The notes beneath the pieces were generated by a model. That model had not been told where the DNA came from and ran no database searches. It worked only from the letters and a program-made list of their open reading frames with translations. From contig CAZYWA010000003.1 of the NCBI GenBank assembly GCA_964650975.1, forward strand, positions 1 to 54,878: 54,878 nucleotides of DNA, given 5' to 3'. Every line of letters begins with the position of its first letter. Positions within the stretch are counted from its first letter, which is position 1. The DNA comes from an uncultured bacterium (GTDB lineage: Bacteria; JADJOY01). Of this stretch, positions 1 through 9,773 are shown one piece after another. The position numbers and the translations under genes are program-made.

Positions 1-604
1 CGAAACCGCCGATCAGGTCCCAGGCCGGGCGTGGCAGTGCGTCCAGATCGCGGATCGTGTCACGCTCCGCGGTGCGGCGGATGGCACCCGCCTGTCGAAA
101 CAGGATGCCGGGCACCTCGTCGAGCGGGCGCTCGCCGCGCGCGCTCGCGACCAGATCGCGCACCGTGTATTCGGCCTCGCCGATGACCGCGACCTCGGCG
201 TGCGCCTCCTCGAGGGATCGCTCGGGCAGCGCCGTGACGTGGATGCCGCCGATCCAGACGGGGACCGTGGGCCGCTGGCGCCGCACCCGCTCCGAGAGCT
301 CGATCACCCGGCTGAAGCCCGGGGTCTTGGCGCCGAATCCGACGAAGAGCGGTGCGGGGCGATGATCGAGCGCCGCGGCCATGCTGGGCCACGCGTCGGG
401 CTCGACCGCCTCGTCCACGATCACCGCCTCGACGCCCACCGCGCGCAAGCTGGCCGCGAGCATCGCCAACCCGTAGGGCGGCGATTGCGTGCTGAAGGGA
501 CCGGTTTCGACGAGCAGCGCCCAGTCCGGGCTACCCGCCGAGCCGCGCGTCGGGTGCCTGCCCTCGGCGGCGGGCCAAGCGTCGACTCCGGATGAGATGT
601 CCAA
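1..604 (-). CDS. B12-binding-domain radical SAM protein, N-terminal part (3' end runs off the left window edge)
   Basis: Own translation of the minus-strand frame absent from the ORF track (open to the edge): ..SPDWALLVETGPFSTQSPPYGLAMLAASLRAVGVEAVIVDEAVEPDAWPSMAAALDHRPAPLFVGFGAKTPGFSRVIELSERVRRQRPTVPVWIGGIHVTALPERSLEEAHAEVAVIGEAEYTVRDL.. This is the pattern of the cobalamin-binding module that precedes class B radical SAM cores. There is no in-frame ATG; TTG at 604 is the first plausible start after an in-frame TAG, so the start is uncertain. Confidence 0.55.
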   Translation of the reverse strand, partial: MDISSGVDAWPAAEGRHPTRGSAGSPDWALLVETGPFSTQSPPYGLAMLAASLRAVGVEAVIVDEAVEPDAWPSMAAALDHRPAPLFVGFGAKTPGFSRVIELSERVRRQRPTVPVWIGGIHVTALPERSLEEAHAEVAVIGEAEYTVRDLVASARGERPLDEVPGILFRQAGAIRRTAERDTIRDLDALPRPAWDLIGGF

Positions 605-837
605 CGCTCGAAGGTTCCCGCGAAAAACGGGTCTCGTTCTCCGTAGGGAGAAAACCGAAGGAGGGGTGGCTGCATTCTACATGTGCTGCTCCGGTGCCGC
701 ACGCCGGCGGAATGGCGCCGGCCCGACCAGCCCGCCGTCGCGAGTTCCGGGTGGCCGCCGGGTGCGCTAGATAGACGGGTCGCGAGGCAGCGACGGCGCG
801 ACGCCGGCCAACCGAGCAACCAACCGCGGGAGGGTTC

Positions 838-2061
838 ATGAGCAAGGTCGTGGTACTGGGCGGTTGCGGTGCGGTGGGCAGTGTCGCGGTGAAGACGCTC
901 GCCATGCAGGACGCGTTTACGAAGGTGGTGATCGGCGACATGAACGAGCCGCGCGCGAACGAGATCGGCCGCGAGGTGGGAAACGGCAAGGTGAGCTTCG
1001 TACCGGTCGACGCCGGCAACACCGAGAGCGTCAAGAAGGTCATCGCCGACGCCGACTACGTGCTCAACTGCGTCGGCCCGTTCTACAAGACCGTGAAGAC
1101 GGTGCTCGGCGCCGTGATCGAATCGAGGAAGCACTACGTCGACATCTGCGACGACGTCGACGTGACCCTCGACATCCTGAAGCTCGACGCCGAGGCGAAA
1201 CGGGCCGGCATCACCGCGGTGATCGGCATGGGCGCTTCACCGGGCGCCACCAACTTGCTGGCGAAATACATCGCCGAGACCCAGCTCGACGAGTCCGATT
1301 CGGTCGACATCTACCACTGCCATGGCGGCGAGCCGATCGAGGGGCCCGGTGTCATCGGGCACCGGTTCCATTGCATGAGCATCGACATCCCGATGTTCCT
1401 CGACGGCAAGCTCACCTACGTGAAGTACTTCGAGCCCGACGGCGTGGCGCTCCGCGAGACCTTCGATTTCCCCAACCTCGGGCCGGTGCCGGTGTTCCCG
1501 TATCCGCATCCCGAGCAGGTGACGCTGCCGCGCTACCTGAAGGTCCGCCAGGTCACCAACAAGGGCTCGGTGATCCCCATCGAGTACTACAACCTGACCG
1601 GCGAGATGTGCCGATTGGGTCTCTCGAGCCGCGAGCCGCTCGACGTCGCCGGCCAGAAGGTGGTGCCCTACGACTTCGCGGTGTCGTTCCTGATCCGCGA
1701 GCGCGACCGAATCCTGCGCGAGAGCCAGTTCGGCTCGCAGCGCGGCTGCATGACGGTCGCGGTCAAGGGCCGGAAGAGCGGAAAGCCGGTGGAGGTGCGG
1801 GTGCACATGTTCTCGGGCTCGAGCGCTCTGGGCGAGGGGACCGGCGTCCCTGCGGCGATCGGCGTGATGCTCCTGGCCGACGGCAAGATTCCCACCCGCG
1901 GCGCCTTGCCCCCGGAAGCCTGCATCGACCCCAACGACTTTCTCGCCACGGCCATGCCCGTGATGATGGCGCGCGCCGGAGGCAAGGCCGAGAAGCGCGA
2001 AGCGTCGATCGTCTTCGAGACCATCCAGGCCGACGGCTCGGTGTCGAAGATGGAGCTGTGA
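838..2061 (+). CDS. saccharopine dehydrogenase family NAD(P)-binding oxidoreductase
   Basis: N-terminal Rossmann motif VVVLGGCGAVGSVAVKTL, then NCVGPFY and VIGMGASPGATNLLAKY, typical of the Sacchrp_dh family. GGGAGGG RBS before the ATG at 838. Confidence 0.9.
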   Translation: MSKVVVLGGCGAVGSVAVKTLAMQDAFTKVVIGDMNEPRANEIGREVGNGKVSFVPVDAGNTESVKKVIADADYVLNCVGPFYKTVKTVLGAVIESRKHYVDICDDVDVTLDILKLDAEAKRAGITAVIGMGASPGATNLLAKYIAETQLDESDSVDIYHCHGGEPIEGPGVIGHRFHCMSIDIPMFLDGKLTYVKYFEPDGVALRETFDFPNLGPVPVFPYPHPEQVTLPRYLKVRQVTNKGSVIPIEYYNLTGEMCRLGLSSREPLDVAGQKVVPYDFAVSFLIRERDRILRESQFGSQRGCMTVAVKGRKSGKPVEVRVHMFSGSSALGEGTGVPAAIGVMLLADGKIPTRGALPPEACIDPNDFLATAMPVMMARAGGKAEKREASIVFETIQADGSVSKMEL

Positions 2062-2092
2062 GCGGCGGTCCGCGTCTCACACCGAGGCGAAC

Positions 2093-3712
2093 GTGAGCGC
2101 AGAAGCGAGCGCGAGCGGCGTACCCGCCGCCCTGGCGCAGGATGGCCGCTGCATCCTGGCGGTCGACCATGGCACGTCCGGCATCAAGGTCGCGCTGGTG
2201 AGCGCGCGGGGCGCGATCGTCGACTCCGACTACGAGCGAACCGGAATCCGCTTCCTGCCGGGAGGGGGTGCCGAGCAGGATCCCGAGGAATGGTGGCAGG
2301 CGCTCCTCACGGCCGCGCGGCGGATGCTGGCGCGGCGCGCCTCGCCGCGCGAGAAGCTCGGCGCCGTGTGCGTCTCGAGCATCTTCTCGAGCACCGTCGC
2401 GGTGGATGCCGACGGGCACCACTTGATGCCCGCGCTCACCTGGATGGATTCGCGTGGCGCGCCGCACGTGAAGCGGATCATGGGCGGATTCCCCAGCGTC
2501 CTGGGCTACAACATCCCGCGCGCCATCCGGTGGATCCGGAAGACCGCCGGCGCGCCGGCGCTCTCCGGCAAGGACGACATCGCCCACGTGCTGCTGGTAC
2601 AGCACGAGCATCCGGAGATCTACGCGCGCACGCGTTATTTCTTGCCGAGCAAGGACTACCTGAACGCCCGGCTCACGGGGGTGCTCGCATCCTCGCCGGA
2701 CGCGATGCACCTCTTCTGGTCGACCGACGCGCGCGATCCGCGGCGCATCGTCTACGACGATCAGCTGATCGGCATGCTGGGCATCGATCGCGACAAGCTG
2801 CCGCCGATGGTGCCGGCGACGCAGATCGTGGGCCTGCTCCTGCCCGAGGTGGCCGACACGCTCGGCCTCGAGCGCTCGACGCCGGTGGTGAGCGGCTCGG
2901 CCGATCACCAGTGCGCGCTCATCGGCTCGGGCGCGGTGCGCGACTTCGACGGGCACCTCTACATCGGCACTTCGTCGTGGATCGAATGTCTGGTGCCCTT
3001 CCAGAAGACCGACGTGATCCACTCGATCGCGTCCTTTCCGGCGGCGATCCCCGGCAAATACCAGTGCCTGAACGAGCAGGACCTGGCCGGCGGCGCGCTG
3101 AGCTTCCTGGCCGAGAACATCCTCTTCCGGCGTCATGCGATCACCGGCATTCCGGCGCCCGCGGATCCCTACGGGCTGGTGAACGAGATCGCGGCGCAGG
3201 TTCCGCCGGGATCGCACAAGGTGATCTTCACGCCGTGGCTCAACGGCGAGCGCACGCCGGTCGACGACATCCACGTGCGCGGCGGGTTCCACAACCTCTC
3301 CACCACCACGACCCTCGAGGACATGGTGCGCGCGGTGCTGGAGGGTGTCGCGTACAACACCCGCTGGAGCCTCAAGTACGTGGAGAAGTTCGTCGGTCAG
3401 CCGCTCGAGCCGCTGCGGCTGATCGGCGGTGGCGCCATGTCGCCGCTCTGGTGCCAGATCTTCGCGGACGTGCTTGATCGCGAGATCCAGACCGTGCGCG
3501 ACCCGCGCCAGGCGAACGCCCGTGGCGCCGCGTTCCTCGCCGCGATCGGGCTCGGATGGATCCGGTTCGACGAGATTCCCGGGCTGGTGCCGATCGAGAG
3601 CACCTATCGGCCGAATCGCGCGAATCGTGCGATTTACGACGAGCTCTACGAGGTCTTCACGCGGATTTATCCGGCCACGCGCTCGATCTACCAGCGGCTG
3701 AATCGCGACTGA
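2093..3712 (+). CDS. FGGY-family carbohydrate kinase (xylulokinase/glycerol-kinase-like; substrate unknown)
   Basis: LAVDHGTSGIKVALV N-terminal phosphate-1 motif, GSADHQCALIGSG, and C-terminal LRLIGGGAMSPLWCQIFADVL (FGGY_C signature). GTG start. Confidence 0.9.
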   Translation: MSAEASASGVPAALAQDGRCILAVDHGTSGIKVALVSARGAIVDSDYERTGIRFLPGGGAEQDPEEWWQALLTAARRMLARRASPREKLGAVCVSSIFSSTVAVDADGHHLMPALTWMDSRGAPHVKRIMGGFPSVLGYNIPRAIRWIRKTAGAPALSGKDDIAHVLLVQHEHPEIYARTRYFLPSKDYLNARLTGVLASSPDAMHLFWSTDARDPRRIVYDDQLIGMLGIDRDKLPPMVPATQIVGLLLPEVADTLGLERSTPVVSGSADHQCALIGSGAVRDFDGHLYIGTSSWIECLVPFQKTDVIHSIASFPAAIPGKYQCLNEQDLAGGALSFLAENILFRRHAITGIPAPADPYGLVNEIAAQVPPGSHKVIFTPWLNGERTPVDDIHVRGGFHNLSTTTTLEDMVRAVLEGVAYNTRWSLKYVEKFVGQPLEPLRLIGGGAMSPLWCQIFADVLDREIQTVRDPRQANARGAAFLAAIGLGWIRFDEIPGLVPIESTYRPNRANRAIYDELYEVFTRIYPATRSIYQRLNRD

Positions 3713-4913
3713 GCGGCGTCGCGATCAAGCCGTCGGCGGCGGCGATCCGTTCGCTGCCCGGGAACACGGTGCGGTCGAGCGGCGCGGCGGCGACGCCGAG
3801 ATGGTCGCGCAGCACGCCTTTCAGGACACCACGCAGATCGGTGGTGGGCCGCAAGTCGCGCCCCTCGTAGAGCGCCGACGCGCCGAGCCCCGGCCAGTCG
3901 GCGAGCACGCGGCCGCCGTTCACGGCGCCGCCGGCCAGCAGCGCGCACGTGGCGGTGCCGTGGTCGGTGCCGCGGCTGCCGTTGGGCTTGACCGTGCGGC
4001 CGAACTCGCTCACGACCGCGACCAGGGTCCGGCTCCAGGCCTTGCCGGCCTGCGACTTCAACCCGCCGAGCGCACCGTCGAGAAGCGCCAGCCTCGAGGC
4101 GAGCGGTCCTTTCACCGTTCCTTGATCGGCGTGGGTGTCCCAGCCTCCCGCCTCGAGCACCGCGACGGCGGGACCTTGCGGCGTCGCCAGGAAGCGGCCC
4201 GCGGCTTCCGCGAGATCGCGGAGCGCCGTGGCTCCGCGAACGGGGCCGGTCATGTCGCCGCCGCTCGCTCCGGCCATGTCCTCGGTGCCGAGCGCTCGCT
4301 CGAGCACGCCGGCGAAGAGCGGGTCCGGTGCGTAGAGCTCGCGCAGCCGCTCGACCAGGACCGGATCAAGATCGGGGAGCGGATCGGGAGCCCAGGTCTC
4401 GAACGGATGATCGCCGCGCGCCGAGAGCGGCAACGCGCTGCCCAGCACCAGTGCCGAGCCGGGGCTCTTGGCGGTGAGCGCTCGATTGAGCCAGCCAGTC
4501 GCGAGCTTGTGGGGCCGTGTGCCGCCGCCTTCGAGCAGGTCCTGCGCGTCGAAGTGAGATCGCTCGCGATAGGCCGTCGCCACGGCTTGCACCGGTAGGA
4601 GCTGACGAGCGCCGTACCAGCTCGCGAGGGTTCCCAGGTGAGGGTGGAGCGCGAAGACGTCGTCGAGCTTGTGCAGCCCGTCCTCGCCGGTGAGCGCCAA
4701 GGCACCGCGCGCGCTCGCGTAGGCCGGGTCGCCGCGTGGAACGACCACCGCGAGCCCGTCCCAGCCACCGCGCAGGATCACCAGCACCAGCCGGGCACGG
4801 TCGTCGCCGCCTATCGCCGCCAGCGCCAGACGAGCGCCCGGCAGCGCGGCGGCCCCGGTGAAGGCGAGGGTTTTGAGTAGCGACCGCCGGGTGAGCCGAA
4901 ATGCTGGATCCAT
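3657..4913 (-). CDS. DUF1501 (sulfatase-fold) protein with twin-arginine signal
   Basis: MDPAFRLTRRSLLKTLAFTGAAALPG is a TAT-type leader. GGWDTHADQ and VSEFGRT..NGSRGTDHG motifs are characteristic of DUF1501. The start lies 4 nt after the DUF1800 stop, with a GGAGGTGA RBS. The 3' end overlaps the convergent FGGY gene by 56 nt. Confidence 0.9.
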   Translation of the reverse strand: MDPAFRLTRRSLLKTLAFTGAAALPGARLALAAIGGDDRARLVLVILRGGWDGLAVVVPRGDPAYASARGALALTGEDGLHKLDDVFALHPHLGTLASWYGARQLLPVQAVATAYRERSHFDAQDLLEGGGTRPHKLATGWLNRALTAKSPGSALVLGSALPLSARGDHPFETWAPDPLPDLDPVLVERLRELYAPDPLFAGVLERALGTEDMAGASGGDMTGPVRGATALRDLAEAAGRFLATPQGPAVAVLEAGGWDTHADQGTVKGPLASRLALLDGALGGLKSQAGKAWSRTLVAVVSEFGRTVKPNGSRGTDHGTATCALLAGGAVNGGRVLADWPGLGASALYEGRDLRPTTDLRGVLKGVLRDHLGVAAAPLDRTVFPGSERIAAADGLIATPLSRDSAAGRSSAWPDKSA

Positions 4914-4917
4914 CGAG

Positions 4918-6309
4918 TCACCTCCGCAGGAACGCCGGGCTCGCCATCGACAGGGTGAGCGCTTGCACGGCGCTCTCCGCGCGGCTCACCGCGAAGCGCA
5001 GCGGGTCGTCGGCCAAAGGGCCCAAGCTCTGCTCCACGAGCACGTCGGGCGGATGTCCGGGAGCCACATGCCGTGCGACTTGCTGCGCCCATTCGACCCG
5101 TTTGAGCAGTGCGTCCGCTCCGCTCCACGGCGCCGCCACGTCGGGCCAGCCCGCGGGCGATCCCGGCGTGTAGACCGGCTGGCCCATGAGCTTGAGCCCG
5201 CCGCTCAGAGCCTGCGGGCGCTGCGGCACGAAATCGAACGCGCGCATGCACGCGATCGCGAACTCGTGCGGCGTCTTGAGCTTGGACGGGTGAGTCGTCT
5301 GCAGACGCTCGTCGTCGATGAGCGCGCCATAGACCGACGGCAAGTGTCCGTCGGTCTCGCGGTAACGCTTGGCGAGCGTGGCGACGAGATCGTCGGGTGG
5401 GTCGTCGGCCAGGAAATGCCGAGCGAGCTTGCGTGCCAGGAACGTGGCGGTGCTGGGGTGGCGCGCCAGATCGGTGAGCACGGCCTGCGGTTGCGCCTGG
5501 CCCTCCTGATCGTAGGCGTTTCCGAGCACTGTCGCCGTCCCCGGCTCGTGGGCGTTCTCCCGGAAGAGAAACGCGCCCGGTGTTCCCTGGCGTCGTGGCC
5601 CCGCGCCACCTCCCACCGACCAGCCGGTGAGCACGCGAGCGAAGCTGGTGACGTCGGTCTGCGAGTAGCCGCCGCCGACGCCGAGCGTGTGCAGCTCCAG
5701 GATCTCGCGAGCGAGGTTTTCGTTGAGCCCGAGATCGCGATCGCGGAACTGCTTGGCGCGCCGGGCGAGCACCGAGTGCGGCCCGACCGACACCTGATTG
5801 TCGAGGTAGAGCACCATCGCCGGATGGCTCACCGCGCTCCGCAGCAGATCGGCGAAATGGCCGGTGACGTGAGGACGAATCGCTTCCTGCTCGAAAGGTC
5901 CCACCATCGCCGCCAGGAATTTCTTGTCGGCCGAGATTGCGAAGTGGTTGCTCCAGAAGTGGACCAGCCGCTCGCGAAACGGCTGCGTGGTCTCGGTCGC
6001 GGCGCGGTACCGGGCGGCCACGAAGCGCTGGTAGTGAGGCTGGACGACGGCCTTGAGGCGCTCGACCGGATCGCCGGCTTTCTTGGCGTCGCGAAGCTCT
6101 TCCAGCTCCGCGCCGACGTCGGTGGTGCGAGGGAGTCCGGCGAGCGACGCCGGCGTGACGATGTCGGGCGCCAGCTGCGCCTTGAGCCAATGCACCGGGT
6201 CGGCCGCGATCGCTTGGAGCTCCCCGGGCCGGGGCCCGAGCCCGAAGCGGTGCGCGACCAGCGCAGCCTGATAGGTGATCGTCATCGAGCCGTCCTCGGC
6301 TGCTGCCAT
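4918..6309 (-). CDS. DUF1800 protein
   Basis: FRERLVHFWSNHFAIS and ELHTLGVGGGYSQTDV motifs are typical of DUF1800, the usual partner of DUF1501. The ORF extends to 6450 but would then overlap the divergent gene at 6390. ATG 6309 (MAAAEDG) or ATG 6285 (MTITYQ, GAGGA RBS) are more likely starts. Confidence 0.85.
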   Translation of the reverse strand: MAAAEDGSMTITYQAALVAHRFGLGPRPGELQAIAADPVHWLKAQLAPDIVTPASLAGLPRTTDVGAELEELRDAKKAGDPVERLKAVVQPHYQRFVAARYRAATETTQPFRERLVHFWSNHFAISADKKFLAAMVGPFEQEAIRPHVTGHFADLLRSAVSHPAMVLYLDNQVSVGPHSVLARRAKQFRDRDLGLNENLAREILELHTLGVGGGYSQTDVTSFARVLTGWSVGGGAGPRRQGTPGAFLFRENAHEPGTATVLGNAYDQEGQAQPQAVLTDLARHPSTATFLARKLARHFLADDPPDDLVATLAKRYRETDGHLPSVYGALIDDERLQTTHPSKLKTPHEFAIACMRAFDFVPQRPQALSGGLKLMGQPVYTPGSPAGWPDVAAPWSGADALLKRVEWAQQVARHVAPGHPPDVLVEQSLGPLADDPLRFAVSRAESAVQALTLSMASPAFLRR

Positions 6310-6389
6310 GGGTTGGACCGGCGCCGTACCGTGAAGGTTAAGAGCCTCTTGGAGCGCGTGCCTCAACCATGCGATGAATTGTCTCGACC

Positions 6390-7442
6390 ATGATGCAGCA
6401 TTCACGAAGGCTGACCAGCGCGTTGGTAGCAGCGCTCGCATTCGCGGCATGTGCTGCGTGCGGCGGCTCGGCCGGCGGCTCCTCCAGGTTCGTGCCGACC
6501 GACCCGGCGGTCGCGGGTCGCTATGCCGTGGTCGAGGGGACCGCCGAGCTCACCGTCGCCGGTTTCGGCACGTACGGAGCGCAGACCTACCTGCCTGCGG
6601 CGGTCGGGAGCGACGGGGGCACGGGCGCGACGCCTCCGGCACGGATGCCCGGCATCGTGTTGTCGAACGGCCTGGCCTCCCCGGGATCGGCCATGAGCTG
6701 GATCTCACGCCATCTCGCCAGTCATGGCTACGTCGTGCTCACGTTCACGCCGGCCAACACGCTTTCGCTCGACATGACCGAGTGGGCGGCCGGATTCCAG
6801 GGCGGCTTCGATGCGCTTCTTGGTGAGAGCTCGGACTCCGTCGGAGCGCTCGCCGGACGGGCGGACCCGGCGCGGATCGGCGCGGTGGCGCTCTCGGCGG
6901 GAGGCGCTGGAGCGATCGAGGCCGCCGGAAAGGACGCACGGGTGGCCGCGGTGGTCGCGTTCGCACCTGGGATCAACGATCTGGGCCGCTTCCTCTTCAA
7001 GGAGACGATCGACGCTTCCGCGCACGTCACGGCGCCCACGCAGATCCAGGTGGGCACCGAGGATTGCCTGGTGAATCCGCGCCCGCCGAGCCTGCTCGCG
7101 TTCACCAACCTCGGGCACACTAGCGTCGAGACGTACTACGACGCGATTCCTGCGCGGCGGCAGTTCCTGGAGATCGCCGGAGCCAATCACCTCGACTACA
7201 TGGACGAAGCGGCGGCGCAGCTCGCGGTCGAGTTGCTGGTCGACGCGATCCCGATCGACTGCGCGGCCAAGATCCCGACGGCCACGCAACACACCATCGC
7301 GCAGAAGTACGCGACGATGTGGCTCGACACCTACGTCTATGGCACCGGCGCATGGCAGGACTCGCTCTTCGGCGCGGGCGTCGCCGCCGACCTGACGGCG
7401 GGAGTCCTCACGCGAGTCCGGAGCGATCCGCCGTCCCCCTAG
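6390..7442 (+). CDS. secreted lipoprotein, cutinase/polyesterase-like alpha/beta hydrolase
   Basis: Signal plus lipobox ALAFAACAACGG. GIVLSNGLASPGSAMSWISRHLASHGYVVLTFTP and RIGAVALSAGGAGAIEAA, QVGTEDCLVNP, EIAGANHLDY align by eye with the Ser/Asp/His blocks of actinobacterial cutinase/PET-hydrolase-type enzymes. Confidence 0.75.
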   Translation: MMQHSRRLTSALVAALAFAACAACGGSAGGSSRFVPTDPAVAGRYAVVEGTAELTVAGFGTYGAQTYLPAAVGSDGGTGATPPARMPGIVLSNGLASPGSAMSWISRHLASHGYVVLTFTPANTLSLDMTEWAAGFQGGFDALLGESSDSVGALAGRADPARIGAVALSAGGAGAIEAAGKDARVAAVVAFAPGINDLGRFLFKETIDASAHVTAPTQIQVGTEDCLVNPRPPSLLAFTNLGHTSVETYYDAIPARRQFLEIAGANHLDYMDEAAAQLAVELLVDAIPIDCAAKIPTATQHTIAQKYATMWLDTYVYGTGAWQDSLFGAGVAADLTAGVLTRVRSDPPSP

Positions 7443-7454
7443 CGCCTCCGCGGT

Positions 7455-8456
7455 TCAGCGCTCCTGGAACGCCGGTAGAACGTGTTCCGCCAGCGCCTGG
7501 AGGGCGGCGAGCACGTCCGCCGCGGTGGAGCCCGAGATGCCCATGCGCAGCTCGTCGGCCCCGAGTGCCTGATAGGCGCGCGCGCGCCGCACGATCTCCT
7601 CCGGATCGGAGATCGAGACGCCTCCCTCGGGTGTCACGGCATGATGGATCCGCTTCGCTGGATCCGCTTGAATCGCGAAGCTCGCGCCCAGGCTGAAGCG
7701 GAATTGGGTCGAGTCGCGCCGGGCGGCGGCGAGCGCCTCGCGAACCCGCGGCACGAGCGTCGCGGCGCGCTCGGCGGTCATGGGACCCGCGATCCAGCCG
7801 TCGCCGATCCGCGCCGCGCGCTCGATGGCGGCGGCGCCGTGCCCGCCCACGTAGATCGGCGGGCAAGGCTTCTGGACGGGGCGCGGCTCCGGATGGACCG
7901 GCGGCAGCGTGTAGAAGCGCCCCTCGAACCCGACGCTGTCGCCAGGGGCCGTCCACAGCGCGCGCAAGAGCGCCACGTGCTCCTCCGCGCGCGCGCCGCG
8001 CTCGTCCCAGGGCATTTGCATGGCCAGTGCTTCCTCGCGAAGCCAGCCGGAGCCGACACCGAGCACCAGCCGTCCGCCCGAGTACACGTCGAGCGTCGCG
8101 AGCATGCGCGCGTGGAGCACCGGATTGCGCAGGGTCAGCACGGAGACGCTGGTTCCGAGGCGCGCGTGCCGGGTGAGGCCCGCCACGAACAGCAGCGTCG
8201 AGAGCTGCTCGTAGCTGGGAGCCATCCAGCGGTTGACCGTGCCGTCGGGCAACGACCGCGGCTTCTCGCCGAGCGGGTAAGGCGATTCGATGCGATCGGG
8301 GACGGCGAGGTGATCGACCGCCCACAGGCTCGCGAAGCCCAGCTGGTCCGCGTCCTGCGCGAAGTCGCGGACGAACTCGGCCGACGCGAGGGGGCCGATG
8401 TGGGGGAGGGTGAGGCCGATGCGCATGGTCGGGTCCGGCGAGGGCGAGCGAATCAT
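7455..8456 (-). CDS. LLM-class (luciferase-like) F420/flavin-dependent oxidoreductase
   Basis: MRIGLTLPHIG..FASLWAVDHL, TSVSVLTLRNPV, LVLGVGSGW blocks are typical of luciferase-like monooxygenase family proteins. Alternative start ATG 8426. Confidence 0.85.
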   Translation of the reverse strand: MIRSPSPDPTMRIGLTLPHIGPLASAEFVRDFAQDADQLGFASLWAVDHLAVPDRIESPYPLGEKPRSLPDGTVNRWMAPSYEQLSTLLFVAGLTRHARLGTSVSVLTLRNPVLHARMLATLDVYSGGRLVLGVGSGWLREEALAMQMPWDERGARAEEHVALLRALWTAPGDSVGFEGRFYTLPPVHPEPRPVQKPCPPIYVGGHGAAAIERAARIGDGWIAGPMTAERAATLVPRVREALAAARRDSTQFRFSLGASFAIQADPAKRIHHAVTPEGGVSISDPEEIVRRARAYQALGADELRMGISGSTAADVLAALQALAEHVLPAFQER

Positions 8457-8512
8457 CGCTCCGCTGGCCGCGAAGCTGGAGCGCCGAGCCGGGAGGTCGT
8501 AGTCTCGGTGCG

Positions 8513-9670
8513 ATGAGCGACAGGCCGGAGCCTTCGCGAGCTTCCCAGCGGCCGAGCGCCCGGCTCGAGTGGGTCGATGTGCAGAAGGGCATGTCGATCT
8601 TGTGGATCGTCTATTTCCACCTGTTTCGCGACACCCAGCCGAGCCCGGCGGTCGATCCGATCGCGCCGGACCTCGTCGGACGGCTCCTAGCCGCGTGCTC
8701 GGACGTCCGCGCGATCGATCGGATCGCCTGTCTCGCCCGTGGCACGGCGAGCGCGGTCACGCTGTGCGGTTTTCACGCGGTCCACGTGTTCCTGGTGATC
8801 GCCGGCTTCGGGCTGGCGCGCTCGCTCGGTGAGGCCGCTTCGCCGAGCGGCGGCTGGATCGCGTGGTACCGGAAGCGCCTGCTCCGGCTTTATCCGATGT
8901 ACTGGGCCGCGCATCTCATCCTGCTGGTCTCGCCGCTCAGGCGCGTGTACGACCCGATCGACTACCGGTTCTTGATCAGCCTCACCGGGCTCCGCGTGTG
9001 GCCGATCGACACGATCCACCTCTACTTCAACCCGGCGTGGTGGTACTTCACGTTGCTGGTCGAGCTCTACGCGGCGTTCCCGGTGCTGTGGTGGCTTCGC
9101 ACTCGGCTCGGGCCGACGGGATTGGCGGCGCTCACGCTCGCCGGCACCGCCGCGACGCGCTGGATTTGCTACTTCGTGCTGCCCGTGAGCAGCCACTGGG
9201 CCGAGGGCGCGCTCTTTCTGGGACGAATGTCGGAGTTCGGCCTCGGCATGGCGGTCGGTGTCTGGCACCGCCGCGACGCGCTCGCGACCGAGAGCCGGCT
9301 CTTTCATGCGCCGCTGGTGGTCGCTGGGGCCGCGATCTACCTGGTCGGCCTCGCGAGCTATCGCAGCGCGATCGGCTACTGCTTCACCGACGCGCTGATC
9401 GGATACGGGCTCTTCGCCGTGACCGCGAACGTGGCCCGGCTGGTCGCGGAAAGCCGGTTCCTGCTCCGACTCTTCGCGACGGTGGGCGCTTACTCGTACG
9501 GCCTCTATCTCCTGCACCAGCCGTACGTGATGTACGCCGGTCCTCGGTTCGCGAGCTTCGCCACACCGGTTTACGCGCTCGCCGCGACGGCGCTCGTGGC
9601 GACGCTGACCCTGGGGTCGATGGCGATCGAGCGTGCGGTGGCGCGCATCACCGAGCGTGTCCTCGGCTGA
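8513..9670 (+). CDS. acyltransferase family 3 integral membrane O-acyltransferase
   Basis: LEWVDVQKGMSILWIVYFHLF opening and about 10 predicted hydrophobic helices, ending in YSYGLYLLHQP, characteristic of Acyl_transf_3. Confidence 0.85.
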   Translation: MSDRPEPSRASQRPSARLEWVDVQKGMSILWIVYFHLFRDTQPSPAVDPIAPDLVGRLLAACSDVRAIDRIACLARGTASAVTLCGFHAVHVFLVIAGFGLARSLGEAASPSGGWIAWYRKRLLRLYPMYWAAHLILLVSPLRRVYDPIDYRFLISLTGLRVWPIDTIHLYFNPAWWYFTLLVELYAAFPVLWWLRTRLGPTGLAALTLAGTAATRWICYFVLPVSSHWAEGALFLGRMSEFGLGMAVGVWHRRDALATESRLFHAPLVVAGAAIYLVGLASYRSAIGYCFTDALIGYGLFAVTANVARLVAESRFLLRLFATVGAYSYGLYLLHQPYVMYAGPRFASFATPVYALAATALVATLTLGSMAIERAVARITERVLG

Positions 9671-9773
9671 GCGCCGCCGCGCGCCGCGGGCGGCGAGTTG
9701 ACTTCCAGACGGCCCGACCTACGTTCCGCTTTCCTCCGCGACATTGGGCCGCGGGCGACGAAAGGCGGGGCAC

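Noticed and set aside
605-837. Possible riboswitch (glycine, lysine or cobalamin) in the divergent region between the radical SAM and saccharopine dehydrogenase genes (gggagaaaaccgaaggagg resembles part of a glycine-riboswitch core)
   Set aside because: Only one short segment resembles the consensus. The second conserved half (CTCAGGCAAAAGGAC-like), the B12 box and the L-box elements are absent. This needs an Infernal scan before any claim.
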